DNA of 63,774 bases, counting the filler, from a bacterium (GTDB lineage Bacteria > JAMOTN01): assembly GCA_027062325.1 (NCBI GenBank). It is 9 parts of 9 records of this genome, joined end to end, with 100 filler letters (N's around TTAATTAATTAA, not from the genome) between each part and the next. Parts side by side here need not be neighbours in the genome. Positions count along the whole stretch, not along the records: positions 1 to 12,990 come from JAMOTN010000007.1; positions 13,091 to 25,418 come from JAMOTN010000010.1; 7 more parts are not named here. One strand, given 5' to 3'. The stretch's first letter is position 1, and every line of letters begins with the position of its first letter. Both the position numbers and the translations under genes were made by a program. Shown piece after piece: positions 9,819-20,862 of this stretch. The notes beneath the pieces are model-generated. The model was given only the letters and a program-made list of their open reading frames with translations. It was not told where the DNA came from and did not search any database.

Positions 9819-12800
9819 CTATTTACTGTACAAAACCCCAAGCATCACAAAATCTTCAGGCCTCATTTTTACACTACGCGCGTACTTAAACATCCTCCCC
9901 CCAACGTTAATTCGAATCTCGAATTCACCTGTATCCATCTTTTCAAGAATACCTTTCAACCTCTCTGCATCTTCCACACTATTTACTACAAGCTCAAGAC
10001 TTCCTGCTGCATATCTCAAAATCTTCCTTGCCGTGCCAACCCCCTCCTGCCTCACCACAAGTTTGACCACAACTATATCTCCAACCTCATAGCGTTTTGA
10101 ACCATAATATCTAACAAGTATGTTATAACTTCCATCGCTCAACTTAATCTCCCATCTGTCACGCCTCCTTGCAACTGCCTCCACAACCCCACAAACCCAA
10201 ATCTCCTCTCCTATTCGTTCTTCTCCCTCTTCCCAGTACATATACTCAACAGGCTTTACCCACTCGTAAACCTCCTCTTTTCTCTTAAACACAACATCCA
10301 TAGGATTGGCAGACAAATAAACCCCAAGGAACTCCTTTTCCCAAAGTAATTCTTCTAACACATTTTTCTCAATCTCAGGCACATCTATTTCTCCTACTTC
10401 CATCCCAAATAATCCTATTCCACCTCTTCTAGAAAGATGCAATCTCTCTCCCATTCTCTTTGCATTCTCAGCCACCATTAAAAGTGCTTTTCTCGGCTTC
10501 CCTGTAAAGTCAAATGCTCCCGCTTTTATCAAAGCTTCAAGAGATTTTTTATTCAAAAATCTTGGATCTATACGCGAACAAAAGTCCACTAAACCCTTAT
10601 ACTCACCTGCCCTCTGCCGCTCTTCAACTATTTCCTTCACTAGCTCATCCCCAACAGACTTTATTCCAGCGAGTCCAAACCTCACTGCATTACCCTCAAC
10701 TACAAAACCGGCATAGGAGTGATTAATACACGGCTTTAGAACCTCTATTCCATCTCTTCTTGCTGACTCAACTGCAATAGCAAGTTTTTCAGTCTTCTTA
10801 CTACGAATCGTCATCAAACTCGCATAAAACTCAGCAGGATAATGAGCCTTTATGTACGCCGTGTAATAGCTTATCAAGGCGTAGGCTGCACTATGTGACT
10901 TGTTGAATCCATAATCTGCAAAGTTATATATGAGATCGTATATCTCCTTTGCCTTTTCCTCATCCACTCCTCTTTCTTTAGCTTGGCGAATAAACTTCTC
11001 ACGCAACTGCTCCATAACTTCTTTCTTTTTCTTTCCCATCGCACGTCGCAACAAATCAGCTTCTCCAAGTGTAAAGCCCGCAATCCTGTTGGCTATCATC
11101 ATCACTTGTTCCTGATAGACTATCACTCCATAAGTCTCCTTCAAGACATCTTCAAGTGCAGGATGTATGTAGTTTACCTCCTTCTGTCCATGTTTTCTAG
11201 CTATGTACTCATCAACCATTCCTCCTTGCAATGGTCCAGGACGATACAAAGCAATAGCCGCCATCAAATCATATATATTCTCTGGCTTCATCCTTTTGAC
11301 AAGGTTCCTAGCTCCGTGGCTTTCAAGTTGAAAAACTCCTGTTGTATCACCACGACTTATCATCTCATAAGTTTTGCGATCATCCAAAGGAAGTGATTTT
11401 AAATCAAGCTTTTGCCCCTTCATCTTTTCGATAAAGTTGCATGCCACTTTCAATTCGGTGAGTGTTTCCAAACCAAGAACATCCATCTTAAGAAGTCCAA
11501 TTTCTTCTACATAGTCTTTTGAAAATTGAGTGACTGTAACTTTTTTTCCCTCACGCTCAGCATAGCGCAAAGGCACATAGTCAACTATTGGATGCGAAGA
11601 TATAACCACCCCTGCAGCATGCACAGAGGAGTTCCTAACTCTTCCCTCAAGCTTCAAAGCCGCTTCAAATAGCTCAGGATCCGCCTCATCTGAAGTAAGA
11701 TCCAAATACTGTGGATTCTTTTCTAAAAAATCACTTAAAGTCTGTCCAAAAGAGATCTGCTTGGCTATTCTATCACAGTAAGCCACCGTTCTTCCCAAAG
11801 CTCTTCCAACATCCCTTATCACCTGACGCGCCGCCATCTTATCAAACGTGATAATCTGAGCAGTGTTTTCTTCTCCATAGCGTTCAAATAAATACTCCAC
11901 CACCTCTTTGCGCCGCGCATCTTCAAAATCTACGTCAATATCTGGCATAGAAACCCTTTCAGGATTTAAAAAGCGTTCAAAGAGTAACCCAAATTTCAAT
12001 GGATCAACTTCTGTTATACCGAGGGCATACGCAACAATACTTCCAGCAGCAGAACCTCTTCCTGGTCCAACCCATATTCCATTTTCCTTAGCCCAATTCA
12101 CGAAGTCGGCAACTATTAAGAAGTAGTCAGAAAAACCCATCTGTTTTATAATCTTCAGCTCGTACTCAGCTCTTTTTCGCGCTCCCTTAGAGTCACCATA
12201 GAGTAACTTCAACCCTCTAAATACTCGTTCCTCCAACTCTTTATCCGCATCTTCTGAAATCTTTGGCATGAGATTCTGCCCCATTGGAAACTCAAAGTTC
12301 ACTTTCTCTGCAATCTCAATGGTATTCAAACAATCTTCGCCAAAAATTTTCCAAACTTCCTCAGTAGACTTAAAGTAAAATTCATCTGTTGGAAGCCCCG
12401 TTCTACTAGGAGAAGTTATTTTGTAAAGAATCGTGTGATAACGTGCATCTTCCTTTTCAAGATAGTGCACATCTACCGTTGGAATTATTTTAACCCCCAA
12501 GCGATGCGCCAACTCTTTTATTCGCGGAACCAAAATCTTATCCTCAGATAAATTGTGCCACTGTTCTTCTAAGTAAAAATCCTCTCCAAACAACTCCTTT
12601 AATTTGGCCGCCTCTACTTCTGCTGCCTCAAAATCTCCCTTAAGAAGAGAAGAATTTACCACACCCTTTAAGCAAGCTGTAGCACAAATTAAACCCTTAT
12701 GGTGTCTTTCCAAATCACGCCAATCGATACGCGGCGTGTGCCAGAAACCTACCGTATTTGCAAGGCTAACAAGGCGACTCAAGTTTTTGTATCCTTCCCA

Positions 12801-12990
12801 ATCTTTAGCCAATAGTAAAATATGGCGAGATGACCCTCCTTTTTTTTCCCTGTCATCCACAAAGTAAAGCTCACAGCCGATTATAGGCTTAACTCCAACC
12901 TCCCTGCATACTTTGTAAAACTCAAAAGCTCCATAAAGATTTCCATGATCAGTTATAGCAACCGCTCTCTGGGCATTTTTCTTGGCAGCC
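9819..12990 (-). CDS. dnaE: DNA polymerase III alpha subunit; 5' end truncated by the contig break
   Basis: Frame is open to 12990 (AITDHGNLYGA...KPIIGCE, PHP domain); GRGSAAGS, MPDIDVDF, GLLKMDVLGL, GVFQLES, YQEQVM, YGFNKSHS. Confidence 0.97.
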
Positions 12991-13090
12991 NNNNNNNNNN
13001 NNNNNNNNNNNNNNNNNNNNNNNNNNNNNNNNNNTTAATTAATTAANNNNNNNNNNNNNNNNNNNNNNNNNNNNNNNNNNNNNNNNNNNN
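12991..13090. other. Artificial contig spacer N44-TTAATTAATTAA-N44; also at 25419-25518, 37819-37918, 40351-40450, 51698-51797, 55394-55493, 57750-57849 and 59890-59989
   Basis: Eight identical 100-nt linkers with stop codons in all six frames; genes are cut mid-frame at these points. Confidence 0.99.
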
Positions 13091-14017
13091 CTCGCCTACA
13101 ACATAGCTCACTTTTTCACATTCTTCCCCAAAGATCTTCATCCAAAGTGGCTTAGAGAAGAGAAGGAGAAGGAAAAATTCTTCACCTCACCCAAAGAACG
13201 TATTGAAAACACAATAGTTGTAGATACATCACTTGATAATGAAAGTGTGTCAGCAACTGAAGTACTTAGAAATTTGGCCTCTTCTCTCAAAATGAACTTC
13301 AAATATGCCTCATCAATAGAGTTTCTGCCGGTCAGCGGAATATTCTTGGTATTTCCTCCTTCCAAGAATCCTTCTGAGAAGTGGTTCCAACTTGTAGAAA
13401 CCATGCTTCTTCGAGGGTGGACAGTTGTATTCATAGGCAATACCTCAAAGCCAGGAATGAAGGCTATGAAAATTAGCAATAAAATATTAGAACGCTTCAA
13501 CATTCCTTTAAGATTCGACGGCCGCAGACTTAAGATGAAAAACAAACGCAGATTCTGGGACTTTTACACAAAAATCCCAAATGGTTTTCTACACCTTTGG
13601 AACGCTACACCCATAAAAATCATAAAGAAGTGCAATTGTCCACCAAAACCTGAAACTCTTCTTATAGTTAATGCCCCTAATCTATTCTTGGGAGATAAAA
13701 AAGTAGAAAACAACAAACTCCCGGTAATAGTATCAATTCCCGCTTTAAATGGAAAGGTTGTCCTATGCGGCTCTAACATTTTTACAGACTACATGCTTCC
13801 ATCAAGTAAAATATACAACCAGTTAAAAAAGCGCTTTCCAAAATCTTACATGGAGCCAGATGTTACTGAAAAATTCGCTCTGAAGCTTCTAAAGAGATGG
13901 AGAGATTTTTCTTTAAAAAAAGCAGCTGAAGTAGGAGATATGTACTTGAGGCATGACATTCCAACTCTTTACAACGAGATTCCAATGGAAGCTCCACAAG
14001 TAAAATTCCATAAGTAA
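13091..14017 (+). CDS. Hypothetical protein, 5'-truncated; possible GATase/DUF4350-like alpha/beta domain
   Basis: Frame is open from the contig start (LAYNIAHFF...); GWTVVFIG and GKVVLCGSNIF patterns. Confidence 0.5.
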   Translation, partial: LAYNIAHFFTFFPKDLHPKWLREEKEKEKFFTSPKERIENTIVVDTSLDNESVSATEVLRNLASSLKMNFKYASSIEFLPVSGIFLVFPPSKNPSEKWFQLVETMLLRGWTVVFIGNTSKPGMKAMKISNKILERFNIPLRFDGRRLKMKNKRRFWDFYTKIPNGFLHLWNATPIKIIKKCNCPPKPETLLIVNAPNLFLGDKKVENNKLPVIVSIPALNGKVVLCGSNIFTDYMLPSSKIYNQLKKRFPKSYMEPDVTEKFALKLLKRWRDFSLKKAAEVGDMYLRHDIPTLYNEIPMEAPQVKFHK

Positions 14018-14038
14018 AAATTGAATGGAGGTGGCAAG

Positions 14039-15355
14039 ATGCATTCACCTATAAAAGTAGCAGTAACTTATGGTCCTTCATTGCAAAACAAACTAGAAGA
14101 GGCCTTTAAAAGCGGAGCCAAACTTCTCAGGATAAATTTTTCTCACACAAAGGCAAGTGACACCGAAAATATAGTCAAAGAAGCTCAAGAATTGGGATTT
14201 GTAGTATTTGGAGACTTACAGGGGCCCAAGATAAGAATTGGAGAAGTTGAGAGAAAACTATTGAAAAAAGGAGTGGTCGTATCGTTAGAAAAAGATCTGC
14301 TATTCGACACTTCAATAGTTTCTGCTCAGGTCGGCGACAAAATAATAATTGCTGATGGATTTCCTGTTCTCGAAGTTATCGAAGTATCAGGGGGAGATAT
14401 AAAAGCTAAAGTCTTAGAAGAGGGGGAGATTTTCTCACGCGCTGGAATAGCATTTCCAGATTCACATGTGAAAGTTCACTTGTTATCTAAACAAGACATT
14501 GAAAACATAGAAGCCAGTGTAGATATTGGTTATGATCTCCTTGCTATATCTTTTGTCTCAAACGCAGCCGATGTTTTTACAGTTCGAAATTTAACATCAA
14601 GTTTTGGACGTGAGTTGCCATTGATCGCAAAAATTGAGAGAAAAATTGCTCTCAAAAATCTGGAGGAAATTGCAGCTGCCTCGGATATACTTATGGTAGC
14701 CAGAGGAGATTTAGGAGTCGAAATCGGCGAAGAGAATGTTCCATGGGCTCAAAAGCAAATTTTAAAAACGGCAATCAAAAACAACAAACCTTCTATGGTA
14801 GCTACACAACTTCTTGATAGCATGGTCTCTCGTCCAGCTCCGAGCAGGGCTGAAGTTACAGATATAACCACTGCTGTTACAGAAGGCGCCGATTCTCTTC
14901 TGCTTACAAAAGAAACAGCTTTAGGACAATTCCCCATTGAAACTATACGCACAGCTGTTCAAATCTCATCAAAGGCAACAGAATACTCTACACCCTTTCT
15001 CAACGAATCTCTACCTTCCACAGTTGTGGAAGTAGCAAACTATAGCAATTCCGAAGCAATATTTGTCATAACATATACAGGAACAAGTCTTCTTTTAATC
15101 TCCTCTTTAAAACCAAAACAGAAAATTTTTGCACTATCAAATTCTGACCGTGTGGAAAAACTCTCTGCTTTAACTTACAACACCATATACACTCATATAT
15201 GCTCAAATTTTGAAAACACAGAAAATCTTGTCAAACATTGTAAAAAAATCATGAAAGAGTATAACATCAAAAGAGCTGTAATATTCTTCGGCCTCCCACT
15301 AGGAAAACCAATAAGGGCAAATACTATCTCCGTAATAGATATTGACGATAACTAA
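14039..15355 (+). CDS. pyk: Pyruvate kinase
   Basis: TYGP, RINFSH, DLQGPKIR, IAKIE, MVARGDLGVE, ATQLLDSM, RAEVTD, ETA.G; GGAGG SD. Confidence 0.95.
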   Translation: MHSPIKVAVTYGPSLQNKLEEAFKSGAKLLRINFSHTKASDTENIVKEAQELGFVVFGDLQGPKIRIGEVERKLLKKGVVVSLEKDLLFDTSIVSAQVGDKIIIADGFPVLEVIEVSGGDIKAKVLEEGEIFSRAGIAFPDSHVKVHLLSKQDIENIEASVDIGYDLLAISFVSNAADVFTVRNLTSSFGRELPLIAKIERKIALKNLEEIAAASDILMVARGDLGVEIGEENVPWAQKQILKTAIKNNKPSMVATQLLDSMVSRPAPSRAEVTDITTAVTEGADSLLLTKETALGQFPIETIRTAVQISSKATEYSTPFLNESLPSTVVEVANYSNSEAIFVITYTGTSLLLISSLKPKQKIFALSNSDRVEKLSALTYNTIYTHICSNFENTENLVKHCKKIMKEYNIKRAVIFFGLPLGKPIRANTISVIDIDDN

Positions 15356-15386
15356 AAAGATTACCTGAAAAAGGGAGGTAAGCTAA

Positions 15387-17777
15387 GTGGAGAAGCTAAA
15401 CATAATAGATATGCTTAAATTTGGAAATACAGAACTCAAACGCGAAGCCATAAAAAAAATCTCAACTATGAGCTCATACTCCGAAATTTTAGGAAAACTT
15501 TTCTTTCTCTTGAAAGAATCAAATGAAACAGTGCGATTTTGGGCCTTGCAAGCAATAAAAGTTATCAAAGGCGAAGCTACTAGTAGAAAACTGGAGGAGC
15601 TTTTATCAGATCCCTGCGAAGAGATACGCCGTGAAGCCACAATTGAGCTAGGTAATCGAAAGTGGACCGCACCTGCCAAAATTCTTCCCCTGCTTGCTGA
15701 TACATCAGAAGCAGTAAGAGAAGCTGCCATTTACTCACTCAAGAACATGGATATAACTCCTAGCTTTGCTGAAAATGTTTACACTGCATCAAACCCATGG
15801 CTGATAAAAAACAACTTCATAGAAGTTCTGATAACAAAACATGAACTTGCCGAAGAAGTGGTGAATCGCCTTCTCCAAAAGAATGAAGAGGAAAAATTCT
15901 GGGCGGTAAGAATCGCTGCCCACACACTCGTAGACATCCCATCAAAAAAACTAGAAGAGCTGTTCTTCTCATTCCCAAAATTACGCATAGCAATTCTAGA
16001 ATATATGGAAAAGAACGCAACTCCTACTGTCAAGATAATTGAAGCAGCTCTTCAAGACTCAGAGCAGATAAGAGAAGCTGCTGTTAAAGCAGCAAAGCTT
16101 TTAATCCCTGAAGAAGCAGCTAAACTAATATCTTTGTTTGATCATAAAAGTTGGATTGTTCGCAAAGCAACCTATGAAATTCTATCAGAAACTCTAGAAG
16201 CAAATATAGGAGTCCTAGAAGAGGAGATAGAAAACCCATCTTCTGAAGATAGATTTTTCTGGTGTCTTCAATTGTTTGCCAAGTTATCAGATGAGGCTAC
16301 AGGTAAAATTCGCCATATCTTAGAAAACAAACCTGAATTTATCAAGGCATGTTTGGTTGCTCTTGGCAATATATCTACTCCCGACTCTGCCGACACAATG
16401 ATAAAACTTATCTCAACAGTATCGGAAGACGAATTTAAAGTCTTAAGTAAATCCATTATCAAACAAAAACAACTAACCATACCTCGCCTAATCCCTTTAC
16501 TCTCAAATCCCGTGTGGAAAGTGAGAAAAAGAGCCGCCTTTCTCCTAAAACAGGTAAAAGAACCGCAAACGTACGTTCCTCTACTTAATATCCTGACTTC
16601 TAAAGAAGCTTCAAAAGATGCAATATATTGGTCAAAAGAGATCTTAAAAGAAATGCCAGTTCCCGCTTCTCTTCTAGCAGAAAATTTAGAGAAAGCACCA
16701 ACTCCTGCTAAACTTGCTCTACTTGAAGTAATTGCTTTCAAAAATGTTGATGTATCAAATCAAATTCTTCCATTGTTATTTGAGAAAACACCTGAACTTG
16801 TATCAGAAGCTATTAAAACCCTCGCGATCCTTCACTACTCCCCTCTACTCACTCATCTTTCAAAAATTCCTGAAGATCACTGGTTGATTCGTAAAGCTAT
16901 AGTATTTGCTTTAGGAAGACTTGCAAGCAAAAACCAAGCAAAGTCCATACTAAAATATTTATCTGATGAAAGCCTTTCAGTAATAGTAGAAGCAATAGAA
17001 GCCGCTGCCAATCAATATTTAACCAGTGCCACTCCAAAAATGATAAAGTTATTTTCCCACCCCGACATAAGGATCAAAGAAGCTGTCATTAACTTTTTCC
17101 TAAAAACTCATTCATCTTCTACTCAATTCTTTGAAGTTCTAAGATCTACATTCTGGAATCTTCCCACAAAGCTGAAACTTAAAGCTCTTGATGCTCTAAA
17201 GCTTGATTCATCAACCCCCTTCTCTTTTGTTAAGTCAATAATAGAGAGTAAAGTTAACACTCAGTTAAAACTGAAAGCAATTGAACTACTGACTCCAACT
17301 CGTTCAAACATACAGTTTCTCACAGATCTGTCCTGTCATCAAAATCGCTTGATAGCTAACAAAGCAAGTAAACTCCTTGCAGAATACACAGAGGATGAAA
17401 AACCAACTTCATCCTGGCAACAACGTGTTATATCTCTTTACCGACTTGGTTTAGTCTTCCTAAAAGGTAAAAGAATACACGAAGCTCTTACTGCTTTTAA
17501 GCGAGTTATAAAGATGGATCCGGGGATGTATGAAGCTTACATTCAACTTGCTAAAATTTACAAAGATCAAAACAATTTACCAGAAGCAATGCGAATGCTT
17601 GCAATGGCCATAGAGATAGCTCCTGAAAAACCCGAAGCTTACTTCTTAGCAGCTATAATAAAGAAATTGGCTGGAGATACTAAAGCAGCTCTCACATACC
17701 TGAAAGATGCCCAAAAATACGATAAAGATGCTAAATTCAAGCGTATAATTGACTCTCTTCTTGTAAAATGGAAGTAA
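15387..17777 (+). CDS. HEAT-repeat protein with C-terminal TPRs
   Basis: Repeated VR..A...L and W.VRK.A units; C-terminal ALTAFKRVIKMDP..EAY TPRs. Confidence 0.8.
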   Translation: MEKLNIIDMLKFGNTELKREAIKKISTMSSYSEILGKLFFLLKESNETVRFWALQAIKVIKGEATSRKLEELLSDPCEEIRREATIELGNRKWTAPAKILPLLADTSEAVREAAIYSLKNMDITPSFAENVYTASNPWLIKNNFIEVLITKHELAEEVVNRLLQKNEEEKFWAVRIAAHTLVDIPSKKLEELFFSFPKLRIAILEYMEKNATPTVKIIEAALQDSEQIREAAVKAAKLLIPEEAAKLISLFDHKSWIVRKATYEILSETLEANIGVLEEEIENPSSEDRFFWCLQLFAKLSDEATGKIRHILENKPEFIKACLVALGNISTPDSADTMIKLISTVSEDEFKVLSKSIIKQKQLTIPRLIPLLSNPVWKVRKRAAFLLKQVKEPQTYVPLLNILTSKEASKDAIYWSKEILKEMPVPASLLAENLEKAPTPAKLALLEVIAFKNVDVSNQILPLLFEKTPELVSEAIKTLAILHYSPLLTHLSKIPEDHWLIRKAIVFALGRLASKNQAKSILKYLSDESLSVIVEAIEAAANQYLTSATPKMIKLFSHPDIRIKEAVINFFLKTHSSSTQFFEVLRSTFWNLPTKLKLKALDALKLDSSTPFSFVKSIIESKVNTQLKLKAIELLTPTRSNIQFLTDLSCHQNRLIANKASKLLAEYTEDEKPTSSWQQRVISLYRLGLVFLKGKRIHEALTAFKRVIKMDPGMYEAYIQLAKIYKDQNNLPEAMRMLAMAIEIAPEKPEAYFLAAIIKKLAGDTKAALTYLKDAQKYDKDAKFKRIIDSLLVKWK

Positions 17778-17811
17778 CAAGTAAAGGCTTTTTATCTGGA
17801 GGTTGTTTCAA

Positions 17812-19092
17812 ATGATAAATGAAAACTTGATGAATTCTTTTCCTGCACTAAAAAGGAGTCGTGCTGGAAAACGTCCGGTATACTTAGATAATGCATGTAT
17901 GACTCTGCGCCCGATTCAAGTTATTAGAGCAATGGAGGAGTATTACACTCAGTTTCCAGCATGTGCATCCCGCAGTACCCACTGGTTTGCTGGAGAAGTT
18001 AACGAACGCGTAGAAGAGAGTTATAAACAAATAGCTAAGTTTACCGGTGCGAAAGAAAACGAGTTAGTATTTCTCAAAAATGCAACAGAAGCACTCAATT
18101 TAGTTGCCAACTCTATTCAAAAATTTACATCTGAAACCCGCAAAATAGTAGTAATAACAGATAAAGAACATTCTTCAAACACAATTCCGTGGTATAAACT
18201 CGAAGCAAAAGGAATAATAAAGTTGGTAATTTTAGAAACCAAAAGAGATGGCACGTTTGACTTTGAAAAATTTGTCGATTTTATGAAAAATTACGGAGAC
18301 AAAGTCATTTTAGTAAGCACGGTGTGGGTATCCAATCTTGACTCTGTAAAATTTCCGATTGAAGAGATTATAGAGATTGCCAAAAAATACGGTGCTCTAA
18401 CAATGATAGATGCAGCTCAAGCACTCCCTCACATACCGGTAAATTTTGAAAATTTAGGAGCAGATTTTATGGCCTTTTCTACTCACAAGATGGTAGGACC
18501 TGCTGGTGGCTTCTTGATAGTTAAAGAAGAATTGATGGAACAACTTGAACAACTCTCAACAGGTGGCGGAACAGTTGAGGATTTCAACACTAAACGCAAT
18601 ATCCAGTTTTTCAAAGGAAGAGCAAGATTAGAAGCAGGCCTACAAGATTATGCAGCCATAATAGGCTCTGCAGCTGCTGCTAATTTTCTCAAAGAAGTTG
18701 GCCTAAAAAACATTGAAGAGCACGAAAAAGAATTAACCGCTTATGCTCTTGAACTACTCGGAAAGATTGAAGATATTGGAATTCTCGGCCCAAAAGACCC
18801 AGAAAAAGCGTCTGGAATTGTAACATTTTACATTAAAAAACCAGCAGTGAGTGTTGAAGAGCGCGATGTGGGAGAAGCAATGTCAGACAAGTACAACGTT
18901 ATGGTAAGAACAGGAAGGTTCTGCGTCTACAACTGGTTTAACGCAAAAGGCTTTCCTACATTTTTCACCCCAATTAGAGCTTCCTTTTACCTTTACAACA
19001 CAAAAGAAGATGTTGAAGTACTGGCTGAAGCTGTAAAGGAAGCTGTGGATAAGGTAAAATGGATGCCTACAGTTGACGTCAACGGTTGGTAA
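17812..19092 (+). CDS. sufS: SufS-type (group II) cysteine desulfurase, PLP class V
   Basis: YLDNA, EHSSN, DAAQ, STHKM (PLP lysine), GGG, EAG, RTGRFC (catalytic Cys), RASFYLYN; ATG 17812 after GGAGG. Confidence 0.85.
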   Translation: MINENLMNSFPALKRSRAGKRPVYLDNACMTLRPIQVIRAMEEYYTQFPACASRSTHWFAGEVNERVEESYKQIAKFTGAKENELVFLKNATEALNLVANSIQKFTSETRKIVVITDKEHSSNTIPWYKLEAKGIIKLVILETKRDGTFDFEKFVDFMKNYGDKVILVSTVWVSNLDSVKFPIEEIIEIAKKYGALTMIDAAQALPHIPVNFENLGADFMAFSTHKMVGPAGGFLIVKEELMEQLEQLSTGGGTVEDFNTKRNIQFFKGRARLEAGLQDYAAIIGSAAAANFLKEVGLKNIEEHEKELTAYALELLGKIEDIGILGPKDPEKASGIVTFYIKKPAVSVEERDVGEAMSDKYNVMVRTGRFCVYNWFNAKGFPTFFTPIRASFYLYNTKEDVEVLAEAVKEAVDKVKWMPTVDVNGW

Positions 19093-19127
19093 GAAAATGT
19101 TCCAACCCAATAAAGGAGGAGAGTATA

Positions 19128-19535
19128 ATGGAACTCAAAGATCTTCGCGACGAAGTAAAAAGACTTTTCAAAGAAATATTCTCAAGCGGTGTTCCTCCTC
19201 ATATCGGAAAACTAGAAGGGGCTACTCACTCAATAGGAGCAGCTGCATGTCCGGATGGTACAGATAACGTTGCTTTTTACGCAATAGTTGAAAATGACGT
19301 TGTAGAAGATATAACTTACGAATGTGGAAACTGCGATCCTTACATGTTCGTAGCAGCAGACTCAATTGTAAAACTTTCAAAAGGTAAGACACTAGATGAA
19401 ATCTCCAAAATAAGCGCAGAAGACGTGCTAAATTTTATAAACTGCCCCGATGAGATCCTGTATAATCACACTACAGAAGCACTTAAGATTTTGAAAAAGA
19501 TGCTGGTTCTGGATCAACAAGGAGAAAGTAGGTGA
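19128..19535 (+). CDS. IscU/SufU-like scaffold or sulfur-transfer protein
   Basis: Follows sufS; G.LE.A, CPDGTD, YECGNC, KGKTLDE; AAGGAGG SD. Confidence 0.75.
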   Translation: MELKDLRDEVKRLFKEIFSSGVPPHIGKLEGATHSIGAAACPDGTDNVAFYAIVENDVVEDITYECGNCDPYMFVAADSIVKLSKGKTLDEISKISAEDVLNFINCPDEILYNHTTEALKILKKMLVLDQQGESR

Positions 19536-19536
19536 T

Positions 19537-20661
19537 ATGTTGAGGAAATTAGTTGGATTTATATGGATCATATCATTCCTCTTTATTGGAAATCTAAAAG
19601 CAACTGCAACTTCTATCAATTTTCATCCTAAATACCTTGTAAAAGGTAGTTTTTTTATAAAATCTCCAGTGATAACCGATAAATTCGGGCAACTGCCAAA
19701 TAATTTTTTCTATGCCTTCATCCCATCCTTAAAATTTTTAACATGTAACATCAATAGAATCTATCAATTATCTTCAGATGAACTGGCAATATATACTACA
19801 TCACATCTTTACAAATATTCTGTTACCACTAAAAAACTCTCTGAAATAACAACTTCAAAAATAAAACATTTTTACAACTCCAAAATTATGATAGCCACTG
19901 CCACACTCCCGATAGCTGTCGAACCATTTATATATTTTAATTCAACTTTTCCAATAGCCTTTCCTTTAGAATTTGTCACCTTAAAATTCCCCAAGGACAT
20001 TGTCATACTATCAAGTGAAACCTATGAAGTAGGAATTGTAAACAACAATTTAGTTATCTACAAAACACTATTTTTTCCACCCAAATTTGACGGCTCGTAT
20101 ACATTCACACAAGTGTCGAAAATAGTAGGCTACCATTTTAACCCTATAACCTTTGAATATACTACTTTCGAATCAACATATGAGATTACAAAATGTATTT
20201 CATCGTCTCCTGTTCTTCCAAACTTTTCCACGCTATCCGTAGACATTTCCAAATTGTTCAACTGGAAAAAAATCGAAAGGATCAAATTAATCTTCTTTGA
20301 TAAAGATGATGTAATCAATCTTTCTACTATTAAAAATGATCTATTCTTTAAAATAGCAACTTTCAAGAAAAAAAACATCAGATTCTTAAATTCCACAATT
20401 GAAGTAATTTTTATCAATTCAAAAGATAAATTTGAAAAGCTTATAAGTGAAATCAAATCCAAAATTCCCATAACCATTATTTTTCCATGGCAAATTCAAA
20501 TAACTACGTTTGATGAAAACGGAAAACGCCTATCAACACAAACTTTTCTCTTACAGCCATACTCTCAAATAAAGCTTAATCTGAAAGGCACTCCTTACAT
20601 TGCCTCTATAAAGATAAAAGTGGCAAGTATCTTAAACATTAGCTTCTGGCTAAAAATGTAA
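19537..20661 (+). CDS. AT-rich exported hypothetical protein
   Basis: AGGTG SD, signal peptide, 374-aa frame; no recognisable motif. Confidence 0.5.
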   Translation: MLRKLVGFIWIISFLFIGNLKATATSINFHPKYLVKGSFFIKSPVITDKFGQLPNNFFYAFIPSLKFLTCNINRIYQLSSDELAIYTTSHLYKYSVTTKKLSEITTSKIKHFYNSKIMIATATLPIAVEPFIYFNSTFPIAFPLEFVTLKFPKDIVILSSETYEVGIVNNNLVIYKTLFFPPKFDGSYTFTQVSKIVGYHFNPITFEYTTFESTYEITKCISSSPVLPNFSTLSVDISKLFNWKKIERIKLIFFDKDDVINLSTIKNDLFFKIATFKKKNIRFLNSTIEVIFINSKDKFEKLISEIKSKIPITIIFPWQIQITTFDENGKRLSTQTFLLQPYSQIKLNLKGTPYIASIKIKVASILNISFWLKM

Positions 20662-20679
20662 TTGAAAATCACAGCCAAT

Positions 20680-20708
20680 TTGACTGGCTCTAATTTGATA
20701 GTTAAAAT
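20680..20708 (+). promoter_or_regulatory. Sigma70-type promoter for tRNA-Ser
   Basis: TTGACT (20680-20685), 17-nt spacer, TAAAAT (20703-20708), about 35 nt before the tRNA. Confidence 0.7.
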
Positions 20709-20742
20709 TTTAATGTGGTAGTTATCAAGAGATAGCAAATGC

Positions 20743-20834
20743 GGAGGGATGGCCGAATTGGCTAAGGCGCCGGACTTGAAATCCGGTGATGCCCGTTAAG
20801 GCGGGCTGTCTGGGTTCGAGTCCCAGTCCCTCCG
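20743..20834 (+). tRNA. tRNA-Ser (anticodon UGA); CCA not encoded
   Basis: Acceptor stem GGAGGGA/TCCCTCC with discriminator G; anticodon arm CCGGA-CTTGAAA-TCCGG; long variable arm GCCCGT-TAAG-GCGGGC; T arm CTGGG-TTCGAGT-CCCAG. Confidence 0.95.
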
Positions 20835-20862
20835 CTTTATTTTACATGTTGTAGGTGGTTCT

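Noticed and set aside
10514-12867. Many short antisense or alternate-frame ORFs in the track, here and throughout
   Set aside because: They shadow well-supported genes and have no SD or recognisable motifs.
9819-12990. Intein in DnaE, also checked in the DnaB-like protein
   Set aside because: Motifs are contiguous at normal spacing; no C/S...HN splice junctions or LAGLIDADG blocks.
13035-13046. TTAATTAATTAA repeated eight times between N runs
   Set aside because: Artificial six-frame-stop linker; not a biological repeat. Adjacency across it has no meaning.
20743-20834. Possible tRNA-Sec or UGA suppressor (long variable arm, extendable acceptor stem)
   Set aside because: The anticodon is UGA, which reads UCA serine, not UCA. 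The 7-bp acceptor and 5-bp T stem are normal for tRNA-Ser.
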